From the IMG/VR virus record IMGVR_UViG_3300031972_001405, positions 1 to 64,000 of that record: a stretch of DNA of 64,000 nt; one strand, 5' to 3'. The position numbers were made by a program, and so were the translations under genes. Below are positions 47,338 to 57,700 of the stretch, in pieces. Within the stretch, counting starts at the first letter, position 1. Each line of letters begins with the position of its first letter. Under the pieces are notes generated by a model. That model had not been told where the DNA came from. It saw only the letters and a program-made list of their open reading frames with translations, and did no database searches. This DNA comes from a virus.

Positions 47338-47807
47338 TAGATAACATTACCTGGAGATAAGGATTGGAAAATTTTAGAACAAGCATTGATAGCATGACTT
47401 GCTCCGTATGTATTAGAGAAAATATATGAGATTCCCAACTTAGAGCAATACTTTTCAAGCTCCTGACATTTTGATATGTCCCTATTGCTATGATCAATAA
47501 TGATATCACCCTCCTCAAGTAAGGGTAGCAACTCATCAAGTATGTCTTCTACTTTTACTTCTGGGAGTGTAATCTGAAAAATACCAGGAATTCTACCAGC
47601 ACTAGTGTATTGCTTACTATCAGATTTAACTGCTTGAACAAGATACTCCAGTGAAGTTACACACCCACTAAGATGTCCTGCTTCATATTGTCCACAGGCA
47701 TTCTCGTAGTTGGTACTACTGTAACCCCAAACTTCAATTCCTTTTTCAATCATACGGCGGGACATACCTTCACCAGTACGACCTAGACCAATCATTCCAA
47801 CTTTCAT
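47337..47807 (-). CDS. Degenerate stand-alone NAD(P)-binding domain of 6-phosphogluconate dehydrogenase
   Basis: MKVGMIGLGRTGEGMSRRM, PGIFQ, LLPLLEEGDIIIDHSN; only 156 aa, no catalytic/dimerisation domain. Confidence 0.75.
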   Translation of the reverse strand: MKVGMIGLGRTGEGMSRRMIEKGIEVWGYSSTNYENACGQYEAGHLSGCVTSLEYLVQAVKSDSKQYTSAGRIPGIFQITLPEVKVEDILDELLPLLEEGDIIIDHSNRDISKCQELEKYCSKLGISYIFSNTYGASHAINACSKIFQSLSPGNVI

Positions 47808-47992
47808 TTTAATCTCTCTATAATTCTGAGCATTCCATCAGCATAACCGATCAATGCTATTGATCCCAATATGATGCTAATCAATGTTGCTCTGCGATTG
47901 TGTTTGTCCATCGCATCATCAATCATTTTTTGAACATCTTTTCTTACTAACCTCTCAGGAGGTTCAATGTCTTTCCCCCATTTTTCAAACAT
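47804..47992 (-). CDS. Small membrane protein
   Basis: MIDDAMDKHNRRATLISIILGSIALIGYADG. Confidence 0.6.
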   Translation of the reverse strand: MFEKWGKDIEPPERLVRKDVQKMIDDAMDKHNRRATLISIILGSIALIGYADGMLRIIERLK

Positions 47993-47996
47993 GTTA

Positions 47997-48293
47997 TTAT
48001 GACCCCATCATATCATTAAGGTCAGTCATAGTCTTCTTTTTAGATTCAAATACACCATCAATATATCCTGATCTATACTCCCATGTTTGTCCACCATCAA
48101 GTCCTTTCGATGGATTGATACATTGATCATCGCCTAGTTTATTGCAAACAAGACCAGCAAGATCTAATTCACTTCTGTCATATGATGCAGCTGTGCCACT
48201 AAAGACATGCTTGCCGTTAATCCAAATAGCACCACATTTAGGACATTCTTTTCTCTCAAGTTTGAGATCAGACAGTTCCTTATCGTTGGTCAT
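47997..48293 (-). CDS. Cys-rich hypothetical protein
   Basis: ECPKCGAIWING..DLAGLVCN..CINP. Confidence 0.65.
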   Translation of the reverse strand: MTNDKELSDLKLERKECPKCGAIWINGKHVFSGTAASYDRSELDLAGLVCNKLGDDQCINPSKGLDGGQTWEYRSGYIDGVFESKKKTMTDLNDMMGS

Positions 48294-48513
48294 TTTTCAA
48301 TTCCTTTATGAGTTTGTTGTAATCTGGTAAATCCTTGATGAGTTGTTGTTCTAATTTACGACGCATCAAATACATCCTAAATCGAATCCAGGCATAACGC
48401 AACTGTAGATCGACGTAGGCGAACAGTCTCCATGTATCTTCTATTCCCGCGTAAGATACGAGTAGAATAAAACAAACTAATAGTAGATAAAATCCTAGCA
48501 TAAGTATCAACAT
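48280..48513 (-). CDS. Small membrane protein
   Basis: N-terminal hydrophobic helix; YAG..T.RLFAYVDLQ; late box CTAAATA near 48529-48535. Confidence 0.55.
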   Translation of the reverse strand: MLILMLGFYLLLVCFILLVSYAGIEDTWRLFAYVDLQLRYAWIRFRMYLMRRKLEQQLIKDLPDYNKLIKELKNDQR

Positions 48514-48564
48514 GATACTGTCTAGGATTATTTAGATGCCTCTAGCACCATTATTTTTAAATTG

Positions 48565-50106
48565 TCAGCAATTCCAAGCTCTAAGAGACTTATTGATTCT
48601 GCTATCGGGATCTCTAGCAGTCTTGGCAGAAGTTAGTTTTGCCTTCATACCTTTCATTCTTGCACAGAATGATGCTCTTCTCTTATTACCTTTCTTCTTA
48701 GAAGGTGCTTTCAGATCAGAACCAGGGTTATCTCTTTCATAAGACTTGCGTCCTTTTTCATTGAGACCACCTTCTTTATTCTTACCTGCACTACGAGTCC
48801 AAGCAGCTGCTTCCTGTTGCTGAACCTGGGAATTATCACCCGTCTTCATAGAAGTGGAGAGACGCTTCTTTGCTTGCTGAGTCTTCTTCAGATTCAACAT
48901 AATCTGTTGTTTTTGAAGTTGAATATCTTTAGGTTCCATACTCTCACCAACATTCATCATAAATGTTGGTTTTGTGGGATCCTTCATGGAAGGATAATAC
49001 GTTTGCAGAAGTCCTCCAGGATAAACTTTCTGAACTGCATCTTGAACTTCACTTCTTTTTGGAAGCTTCATTTGTGGGAAGAATACTTGCATCATAAGTG
49101 GCTTCCCACGGAAGTTCAAATATACTACTATGGTTTGTCCATTCTGTGTGGGAATCCGAGTAGCAGCCTCATTGATAGATGAATTGTCCTGGTGTTCCAG
49201 ATCCTGTCCATGATCGTTCTCCTTGACACAACGATTGTAGGTCTTACCGAAGAGTTTCTGCGTGCCTGCTTTCTTGTACCCTTTCCAACATTTTTTACCT
49301 GCTTCGTCAAGTTCAATCACACCAATACTTTCCATAGCACGAATCTGTGCTGGACTGAAACCCTCTTTCTTAGTACTGTTGCCCCAATTCTTTGCACCCT
49401 TCTTACGGCACTTTACAAGGGCACCTGAGGCGTATGCAGAAGGCCATACAGAATAGCGAGACTTGACCTTATGGTAGCAAGCATCCTTCTCTCCCTTACC
49501 TTCCAATTGCACTTCTTCTTTCTTTATACCAGCAACACGATCAATTGCGTTACCAAGTGCTCTGCCAATCTTGTCGCGCTTACGCTCTTTGGGTTTGATA
49601 TTAGCACCCATCTTATTCAATCTACTAGCAGCAGTGCCAGACTTTTGCTTTGATGCCTTCTGACGTTTGGAGTAGTCCATGTAGGACTCACCTGGTTTCA
49701 GTTTCTTAGGATCTGTCTTAGGTTTTGCTGCATCAGCACGATCTTCACGAGCACGAGCATTAGCACCAGGTCCACCCAGTTTCTTATCCTTCTCAGGATC
49801 GGGATGCCAGGTATCAGCACGTTCGATAACAGTTTCTTCAGTCTTCACGTTGATTGCCTTCCCTGAACGATTTGGATTTGGGTCTTTTGTATTCTTACGA
49901 CGGAATGCTGACTCCTCCTCATCTTTGGAGAGAGCACGTTTCATTTTACTGGAACCACACTTAGGTTTGGTAGTTTGTCCTGGTTGCTTGGCACATGGCT
50001 TACCAGAATACTTTCCACCCAGTTGAACCCAACCAGGCTTGCCGTCAGATGACTTGCTTTTACCAAACCAGTCGCGTAGTGATGAGTCTCCAGACTTAGA
50101 TGCCAT
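48565..50106 (-). CDS. Modular basic protein, probable internal head protein
   Basis: Modules SSLRDWF..., DACYHKVKSRY.VWPSAYASG, KCWKGY...NRCV, AAWTRSAGKN..SFCARMKG..RAWNC, separated by xxE/EE sites; late box ATAAATA near 50130-50136. Confidence 0.7.
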   Translation of the reverse strand: MASKSGDSSLRDWFGKSKSSDGKPGWVQLGGKYSGKPCAKQPGQTTKPKCGSSKMKRALSKDEEESAFRRKNTKDPNPNRSGKAINVKTEETVIERADTWHPDPEKDKKLGGPGANARAREDRADAAKPKTDPKKLKPGESYMDYSKRQKASKQKSGTAASRLNKMGANIKPKERKRDKIGRALGNAIDRVAGIKKEEVQLEGKGEKDACYHKVKSRYSVWPSAYASGALVKCRKKGAKNWGNSTKKEGFSPAQIRAMESIGVIELDEAGKKCWKGYKKAGTQKLFGKTYNRCVKENDHGQDLEHQDNSSINEAATRIPTQNGQTIVVYLNFRGKPLMMQVFFPQMKLPKRSEVQDAVQKVYPGGLLQTYYPSMKDPTKPTFMMNVGESMEPKDIQLQKQQIMLNLKKTQQAKKRLSTSMKTGDNSQVQQQEAAAWTRSAGKNKEGGLNEKGRKSYERDNPGSDLKAPSKKKGNKRRASFCARMKGMKAKLTSAKTARDPDSRINKSLRAWNC

Positions 50107-50128
50107 ATCTAAAGTGTTATTCGTTTAG

Positions 50129-50410
50129 TTATTTATCTTTTTTCTCTTCGTTAACTGTGGGTTCTTCTTTCTTTTTAGACGCAACGACACCGAACGTCGC
50201 GAGCGTTCCAGTAAAAACGCTGGCGATAAAAGTTGGATCAATGTTTTTCTGGGGAATTCCAGGAACAGTTACATAATTAAGGGTGAGAATTGCTGCTGAC
50301 CATCCAAGAATAATAACTCGGACGAGAGTTGATACACCCTCATCCGCCCACTCAAATTTGTTTGAGTTTGGTTTTTCAGGTTTCGCTACCTTTACCACCT
50401 TTTCTTCCAT
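50129..50410 (-). CDS. Small two-TM membrane protein
   Basis: VRVIILGWSAAILTLNY, IDPTFIASVFTGTLATFGV. Confidence 0.65.
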   Translation of the reverse strand: MEEKVVKVAKPEKPNSNKFEWADEGVSTLVRVIILGWSAAILTLNYVTVPGIPQKNIDPTFIASVFTGTLATFGVVASKKKEEPTVNEEKKDK

Positions 50411-50822
50411 TGTCCATCTCCTTGAGCATTTTTTGTAAGTCTGCTGTTGATCCGACAAATAGTGCATTAGTAACGTTAGTTGGACCAGTTACCTTGTTAT
50501 CATCATCTAAGTCTTTCACTTTCTTTTGTAAATCCATCAGTTTGTCTGTAGCATCAGACACATTTTTAATTAACTGACCAGCAACTTCATATGCTCTAGG
50601 CATCTCACTCTCACCTGCTAGTTCAAGAATACCATTGATAGCTTCTTGACCTTTTTCTATAATTGAATATAGATTGCCTCTAGTGTAATCATAATCTTTT
50701 TTAATGTGGTCAACATTATTTAAGTGCTTTTCGATTTTCACATCGACGTTCACTTTAGGTTCTGCTGGCATGATGTCAGCAGTAACGTCAAATGCATCAC
50801 TCAAAGAATCAAAATCTGCCAT
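50376..50822 (-). CDS. gp16: Terminase small subunit (gp16)
   Basis: DYDYTRGNLY, PRAYEVAGQL, NALFVGSTADL. Confidence 0.93.
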   Translation of the reverse strand: MADFDSLSDAFDVTADIMPAEPKVNVDVKIEKHLNNVDHIKKDYDYTRGNLYSIIEKGQEAINGILELAGESEMPRAYEVAGQLIKNVSDATDKLMDLQKKVKDLDDDNKVTGPTNVTNALFVGSTADLQKMLKEMDNGRKGGKGSET

Positions 50823-51856
50823 CAGATGTCACCTTCCTGAGTAGAATCTTTGAAATCCTGGAAGTATGATATTGACTCATTGAATCCGAAGTCATCTCCA
50901 ATTTCAATAAGAGCATCGTCAGCAGTAGTAAGAACATTGACCGTTGCTCCATTGACATGTTCAGCAGCGATAGTTCCTTCATATCCTCTCTTAACGACTA
51001 ATTGATTGTTATCGATCTTCTCGATATACATCATCTCACTATCAACTACAAATCTACCATAGGCAGACAAGGAGGATGCATCGTTGACTGTGATATATCT
51101 TTCTTCCGCAGAAAGATCTTCTGCGATAGATGTAGTGGCATCATTATCATAATCTTGAGTAGCTCTTGGTGTAACAGTATATCTGACTTCTCTTGGACCT
51201 CTTGGTGCAATTGTGGTGACATCCACTGTTGCAGATTTGATAAGACCTGTGTCGCGACCAACAGGACCGAACAGATATGTCTTAGCAGAAAATCTAACAG
51301 TATAGATCAATGCTCTTCTTGTGGTAAAATCTCCCTCGTATTGATCGTCCATGGAAATGTTTTCCAAAATAATTGGAACATCTCTCTTTTCTCCAATCTC
51401 ATCAACTAGATTAATTGTAATATTATATTGTGGTTGAAAGAATGGTAAGATTTGTTCAATAATCTCAAGAGCATCTTCATTCGTCTTCGACATAATGCTC
51501 AGTTCAAAATTCATACTATATGGAACAGGCATGAATGTCTTACGTGCCTTAGTTTTTTCCGATAACTTTTGGCTGATAAATGTTTGAGTTGATGTGGTTT
51601 TTCTTGCTGGGTCATATGTCATTCCATTCATCTCAAAAGACATTCTCGGAAGAGATAGAGATGTCGGAGCATTAATATTGGGATTTTGATCTAACCTTGC
51701 TAAGAACTTTTGTGTAGGTCCATATGCCAAAGGCACCTTCAGGATACTGATTACATCTCCCGAGGAATTGGTCTTCCTAATTGTAATATTGTTAAAGAGA
51801 GTTCCGAAACCGATTACGGTTTTTCTAAAGATCTCGTGATAAAAATATTCAAACAT
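50822..51856 (-). CDS. gp15: Tail sheath terminator (gp15)
   Basis: YFYHEI, FGTLFN, VPLAYGP, LPRMSFE, EQILPFFQP. Confidence 0.93.
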   Translation of the reverse strand: MFEYFYHEIFRKTVIGFGTLFNNITIRKTNSSGDVISILKVPLAYGPTQKFLARLDQNPNINAPTSLSLPRMSFEMNGMTYDPARKTTSTQTFISQKLSEKTKARKTFMPVPYSMNFELSIMSKTNEDALEIIEQILPFFQPQYNITINLVDEIGEKRDVPIILENISMDDQYEGDFTTRRALIYTVRFSAKTYLFGPVGRDTGLIKSATVDVTTIAPRGPREVRYTVTPRATQDYDNDATTSIAEDLSAEERYITVNDASSLSAYGRFVVDSEMMYIEKIDNNQLVVKRGYEGTIAAEHVNGATVNVLTTADDALIEIGDDFGFNESISYFQDFKDSTQEGDI

Positions 51857-51890
51857 GGATCTAAATTGCCTTGTGTACTATTTAACTGTT

Positions 51891-53264
51891 TTAAACTTCA
51901 CCAAATGGGTTTCTTTCTGTGAAGTCCAAGAGGTTATCTGCTTCAGTTTGTATGTTATCGTTATCAGCAAATGCTAGAGTAAGATCGTCAGAGTTTTGAT
52001 CTCTCATCGAATATACAGAACCAGACTCATTTCCAGTGATAGATTCGCCAACAATAAATGAACCATTGACAATAGAAACTGAAAGTTCTTTTGTGGATGC
52101 ATTCCAAGTTTTAACTCTTCCAGTTGTTCCAGAAGTTCCACCAGTGACAATTTCATTGAAGATATAACTTCCAGAACCAACCAGTGGCGGCGCAGAGATT
52201 GTAATTATTGGAGATGTTGTGTATCCAATACCAGCATTAGAAAGTCTGATTCCACTAATAGTTCCAGCAGCACTGACGATTGCAGTTCCGATTGCAGTAC
52301 TTCCAGAAAGAGGTGCAGAGAAGGTAATAGTCGGTGGACTATCTGCAGAGTATGCAGCACCACCACTGGAGACAGTAATAATTCCAACACCACCAGTAGT
52401 GGCAAGTCCCACAGTAACAGCGACTCCAGTTCCACCACCGCTTTGGAATACAACAGATGGAGGAACAGTATATCCAGCTCCAGGATTAGTTAACTCAACT
52501 CTATCAATTGACATTGAAGTAGAGAGTCCAGACCGATACGTTGTAATTCCAATCGCACTTGCTGTGATACCAGTAGATGTGCTGATAGCAATGGTTGGTG
52601 TGCTTGTAAATCCATATCCACTATCAAGAATGGTGATGTTTCTGATACCACCATTGGTGAAAGTTGCACTAGCGGTAGCAGTTGATCCAATACCAAATAG
52701 TGACAGAGTTTGAATATAACCAGTCTCTACCAAATTATTATCAATCTCTTCAATATTAGTATCCAAGACCTCATCTTGTGGTCTGAACAGTTCACACTTC
52801 AGAGTGTATACATATGTCTTTTGAAGTTGGTAGAAAGGATTTTCATGCTCTACAAACTTAATCTCAAACAATCTATCTCCGAGTGGGAAATAAATTAGAT
52901 CACCTTCTTTTGGTCTTGACGACAATCTAATATTACTCTGGTTCCTAATAAGTGGAGAGATATACTCTTCAAACCGTTCTCTTGAAACTGTCAGAGTTAA
53001 ATCATCTGAATTCTCAATACCAAATTTAGAAAGCAGAGTTCCTTGACCCTCATATCCATCGTAGTTTTCTACATATGCTTCAATGGGATAAGCATCAGTA
53101 AACTGAGATTCAATAACCTCTCTAATTACGGTATTGGTTGTAATATATTTTCTGGGAATATAATGCACCTCAACACCATACATCCGCAGTTGTTCATTGA
53201 CCAACTGCTGAATGAGACTTTGTTCGCCTCTTGTTCCTTGCTTGAAAAAAGGATTTAAAGCCAT
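51891..53264 (-). CDS. gp14: Neck protein (gp14) with Gly/Ser/Thr-rich insertion
   Basis: NPFF..EQ, RPKEGDLIYFP, FEIKFVEHE.PFYQL, LDFTERNPFG. Confidence 0.92.
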   Translation of the reverse strand: MALNPFFKQGTRGEQSLIQQLVNEQLRMYGVEVHYIPRKYITTNTVIREVIESQFTDAYPIEAYVENYDGYEGQGTLLSKFGIENSDDLTLTVSRERFEEYISPLIRNQSNIRLSSRPKEGDLIYFPLGDRLFEIKFVEHENPFYQLQKTYVYTLKCELFRPQDEVLDTNIEEIDNNLVETGYIQTLSLFGIGSTATASATFTNGGIRNITILDSGYGFTSTPTIAISTSTGITASAIGITTYRSGLSTSMSIDRVELTNPGAGYTVPPSVVFQSGGGTGVAVTVGLATTGGVGIITVSSGGAAYSADSPPTITFSAPLSGSTAIGTAIVSAAGTISGIRLSNAGIGYTTSPIITISAPPLVGSGSYIFNEIVTGGTSGTTGRVKTWNASTKELSVSIVNGSFIVGESITGNESGSVYSMRDQNSDDLTLAFADNDNIQTEADNLLDFTERNPFGEV

Positions 53265-54103
53265 TACCCGATCATGTCAAGTGGTGGAAGTTCGTAAGTA
53301 TTAGACATCTTTTCCATCAAAGTGTCTAATTCTTTTTGTGCGTCATCATAGATCTGTCTTCCATTCAGTTCAATGCCTCCTGGTAGTTTTACTCCATTGA
53401 ACTTAATTAAATTCTGACCCCACTGTTTTTTGATCAGAATAGTTAGATATTGCTTTAAGAATGAATCATTATAAACTCTTGTGAAAGTATTTGGATCTAA
53501 CAATCTCCAACAATCAATAATCATGTAATCTCCAGCACTAACTTCACTCCAATCCATATCAATGTAAAGTCTGTCTTGTCTTTGATTAAATCTGAAATGC
53601 TTCAACGGATTAAGTAAAAAGTCAATATCAGATAACTTTTGCTGAACCATCGAGAAGTTCAACAAATCAAGAGAGTCAAAGAAGTAAATATCATTTAGAA
53701 ATAATTGATACTTTACACTAAACATCGATCCTGAAATGGTGGATGAAGCTTGTAATCTGAATACTTTGTTTACTCCTAAAACAGAAGATGGGACTGGAAT
53801 ATAATTACTGTTCTCTTCAAAAACAAAAGATGTACTTTCACCAACAGTTTGAGTTACGGTCTCTGTTGTTACACCCACTGGCGATGTAGATCTTGCCCTT
53901 CCTCGATTAATATCATCCTGAGTAAATTGATACTTCATATATGTCTGAATCACACCATCAAAATGTCTCTCATGAAAATATTGAACTGCATCATCAACTA
54001 GGTCAGAAATCTGTTCGTCAGCGACGTTGATTTCCAACACTGGAGCGCCTAATCTCCTTAGACAATAGTCAATTAGTTGTTGTCTAGAAGCGGGTTGAGA
54101 CAT
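53264..54103 (-). CDS. gp13: Neck protein (gp13)
   Basis: YCLRRLGAPVLEINV, KKQWGQNL.KF.G..LPGG..LNG. Confidence 0.94.
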   Translation of the reverse strand: MSQPASRQQLIDYCLRRLGAPVLEINVADEQISDLVDDAVQYFHERHFDGVIQTYMKYQFTQDDINRGRARSTSPVGVTTETVTQTVGESTSFVFEENSNYIPVPSSVLGVNKVFRLQASSTISGSMFSVKYQLFLNDIYFFDSLDLLNFSMVQQKLSDIDFLLNPLKHFRFNQRQDRLYIDMDWSEVSAGDYMIIDCWRLLDPNTFTRVYNDSFLKQYLTILIKKQWGQNLIKFNGVKLPGGIELNGRQIYDDAQKELDTLMEKMSNTYELPPLDMIG

Positions 54104-54128
54104 TTTTTTTATAGTTCTCCTGTCTTAT

Positions 54129-54503
54129 TTATGGTGCAGATGAAATGCCCTGACGGACATCAATAGATCCCTCAACAATTCTATGAACCGTACTGCCAAG
54201 ACTCACTAGTAAATCATAATAATATCTGCCATCGCTTAAAGTTCTTGTATCTGTAGAAGACATAGAAACTTTAACCTTTCCATCATATGCACTTGTGAAT
54301 CCTACAGTAAATGTTGCGGTAGCAGCTGCCCCAACATGTTTAGCAACCTGTGATGATCCATCATAACCTGTAAGGTCGAAAGCAGAACCAGCTGGAGTAT
54401 TTACGGTAAAAACGTTTTCAAAACTCGCACCAGTATTGATCACCAGGTTTGCATTTGGAACTGCATCGGATGCAGTGTCAAAAGTAATTGTTCTACTAGA
54501 CAT
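54129..54503 (-). CDS. Small beta-rich virion protein
   Basis: NLVINTGASF..FDLTGY..GRYYYDLLV..RIVEGSI. Confidence 0.65.
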   Translation of the reverse strand: MSSRTITFDTASDAVPNANLVINTGASFENVFTVNTPAGSAFDLTGYDGSSQVAKHVGAAATATFTVGFTSAYDGKVKVSMSSTDTRTLSDGRYYYDLLVSLGSTVHRIVEGSIDVRQGISSAP

Positions 54504-54780
54504 CTTTCTTTAGTCCTTGTACTAGATCTTTAAGTAGGGATTTGATCTCACTAACATCATCTTTAAGACCGTCAACTTCGCTCTTCATTTTCTGCTGTTC
54601 TTTCTTTTGCTCCCTAACTCTATCACCTCTTGCTATGGAAGATTTTTCCATAGCATCTCTCCATTCTCTATACTCTTGAATCGTATCTTCGTCAAAGTTG
54701 CATAAGAGACCCGTTCTTGGGTCTCTTCCCCAATTTTCTAGATTTTCAATGGGTTCGTATTCAAATGTGTCATTATGCAT
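54496..54780 (-). CDS. Small coiled-coil protein
   Basis: RDPRTG.. and LKDDVSEIKSLL. Confidence 0.7.
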   Translation of the reverse strand: MHNDTFEYEPIENLENWGRDPRTGLLCNFDEDTIQEYREWRDAMEKSSIARGDRVREQKKEQQKMKSEVDGLKDDVSEIKSLLKDLVQGLKKDV

Positions 54781-54783
54781 ATG

Positions 54784-57700
54784 TTACACCAGAGCAATGA
54801 TCTTCAAACCAGTGAGTCTTGGGGGATCTGCCTGATTTCTAGAAGCACACATAACCTTAATCTTAAACTGAGTGAATGGTGCTTGGTTGTCAATACTAAA
54901 CTTCATCGCTTGGAATTCATCTTTTTCAGATCTAGGAACACGCTTGTCGGGCCGACCATCATTCCTCGCTTCGTCAATAATATTGCCCTTAGAATCAATA
55001 TTCTTGTAACCAGGGAACAGAGTATAAAGACCGTTGTCTTCATCACCAGGACTGATAATGTTATATGCCATTCTGATGTCTGCTCTTGATGGGAAGTATG
55101 CATCAAGTCTTACTTGAAGTGCAGTAGCAGAAGTTGGAAGATCAAGAACTTTGCTCACATAGATGAACTCATGATCATCGCGACCTTTTCCTTTGAAGAC
55201 ACGCTTATTACCAGCGTATCTACCGTTATAAGGTTTGTTGATGATGTTGTCAGTTATGACAACAGATGCTCTGTCAAGATCAATGACTGGAGACAGTTTG
55301 TCATCAGCACTTTCTAAAGTCACATCCATTGTGAATGATCTCTTTCCTGGGAATTCGGTTGAGTCAAGTTTACGAACCTCATTTAGTCTAGAAGGAATCA
55401 TTCTCAGAGTATCTAACTCGTTGATAGATCCCCATTCAACTGGTTGATATCCAGCATCTTGGAATGAATTTTCATTGCCATCGATACTAGTTGCGGTAAC
55501 AGATCTCATTCTTCCACTAATCTTAGTATTTGGGAATACAAGGTTATGGAAATTCGGAGTAATGGCAGAGTATGTCCAGTTCTGAGTCAGAACTCCATCT
55601 TCGCCGCCACATCTCTTACCTTTTCTAAAAGTAAGTCTTGGTAGACTAGCATTTCCACTTCTATCAACACCCTTCTTAGTAAGATCAATATCAATATCAA
55701 ACCAGTTGTGATCTGATCTCATTTTAGTATTCTCACGCTGACTTCTTGAATATTGATTCGGAATGAAATCATGCAGAGTGTTAATTCTTCTCAGAGAGAT
55801 GCCGTCAAGCTCATACCTGTTGATTTCTTCACCTGCTTCATGATAGTCTCTTCTAGTATAGTCCTTACCACGAGCAGTAATACCAACTAGTTTTTGACCA
55901 TCAACACCAGTGTATTCAATAACTTCATCACCAATGATTGCATAACCTGGATTGGTTGTGCTAACTCCAACTCTCTCAAATGTATTGAAGATGCCCATAT
56001 TACCTTGTACGGTAATATCTTCAGTACCAATCGAGTCAACATCAAATTTGATCTTTCTTGGTCTACTATCAGGATCAAGTCCGCGTAGTCTCACTTGATT
56101 GTCTCTATCATACATGCCATGATTTCTGGCACGTATCCTGATAGTTTCTCCACCCCAGTATCTGTAATTGTTGAATGTGGAAACAGCAATTCCAGTAGCA
56201 AGAGCACTGGTGATACCAGTGGGAGTTCTGAATGAAAGAGAGGAAGCAGAACCAGTTGCACCCGTTTCTGGGATGCCATAGACATCTCCAACTCTAAGAA
56301 CAATACCAGAACCAATTCCAGTTACTCTACCTAAGAAGTCTCTACCAATCTGTCCATCACCAAGACCGCCGATAGAAGAAATACCAACTAGTTCATTTCT
56401 CTGCCAGTCTCTACCACCAGAAGTAATATCAATATTGGTAATAGAACCATCATTAACAGTCACATCACCGACAAGTTGTTCTCCTTGCCTATGTCTAATT
56501 CCCCATGCGTTAAGAGTCGTGAATGCAACACCAACAAAAGTAGCAACACCTGATGTTGGGGTGAAACCAACACCTGCCTTGACAATGGTGACGGCAGCAT
56601 CGCTTTCGATTACACCAGACTCAACTCTATGGATAACCGCTCTGAAGTTTGGATTTGCAGGTTGTTTAATAACAACCCCCCTCTTCAAGAAACCAGTTTC
56701 AATTCCAGATAGAGGTTGTGATAGAGCAATCTTACCTGCTGCATGAAGAGTTCTGAGAGGATTCTTATCGAGAGAAACAATTCCTCTATTACCTCTGTTC
56801 AATGGAGTGTTATAGAACGTAGCAGTTCTAGGATTACTAGTATCAAACTGAGCTCTGTATAGAGTCCACTTCAGATCTTCAAGTCTGCTTGGTGTCCAGA
56901 ATCCAGCTGCCTGTGATCTGAAGAGTTGACCTGTCAGTGGTTGTTGTGAAACCTTACGACGGTTTACACGACGGATCGCTCTGAGATAAACTCTTCTTCT
57001 ACGTCCAGTACCTCTCTTCTCAAGTCTCAGTCTAAGACCTCTTCTGGTCTCAACAAGACGCCCACGGACACGGAACTCAGAACCTCTTGCAAGGTCTCTT
57101 CTACCAGCATCTTCAACAACTCTTGCTGTGACACCGCCAGGTCCGCGACGATTGCGAACTCTTCTGAGTCTATCTTGGAATTCTCCAGATTCCTGAACAG
57201 CAGCAGCACGAGAAGCACTAAGTCTTCTTCTTTCGCGCTTATTCAGTCTAGTGTAATCAACATAACCAGCAGTTCTTACGAATATAGACCTGCCTCTACG
57301 ATCTCTGAGAACTTCATCATCTCTAATGGTAACGTCGATCTCACCCATTCTGGAGATCCAAACTCTATATCTTCTGGAGTCAGTATCGAGAACAAGAGCG
57401 TACTCTTTACCACCTTCCAGATATACTGGTTCTTCAAAGTCAACTTCAGTTTTATTTCTAGCATAACGAGATCTACGAATGTCATCTGGTGCAATCTCAA
57501 CCCTTGTTCCAGGAACAATGGTATCAGTTGGAATGCCATTCTCACAAGTGCGAAGTTCAGCAGTAACACTGAACCTCTTGTCCTTTCTCTGGAAGTAGAG
57601 ATCGAACTTTGTTACAAAGATTCCTGGTTGCTCATCAATAGTAAATGTTTGTGCCAAAGGATCTCTGAGATAACCTCTCTTGATAAGTCTTCTACTGATA

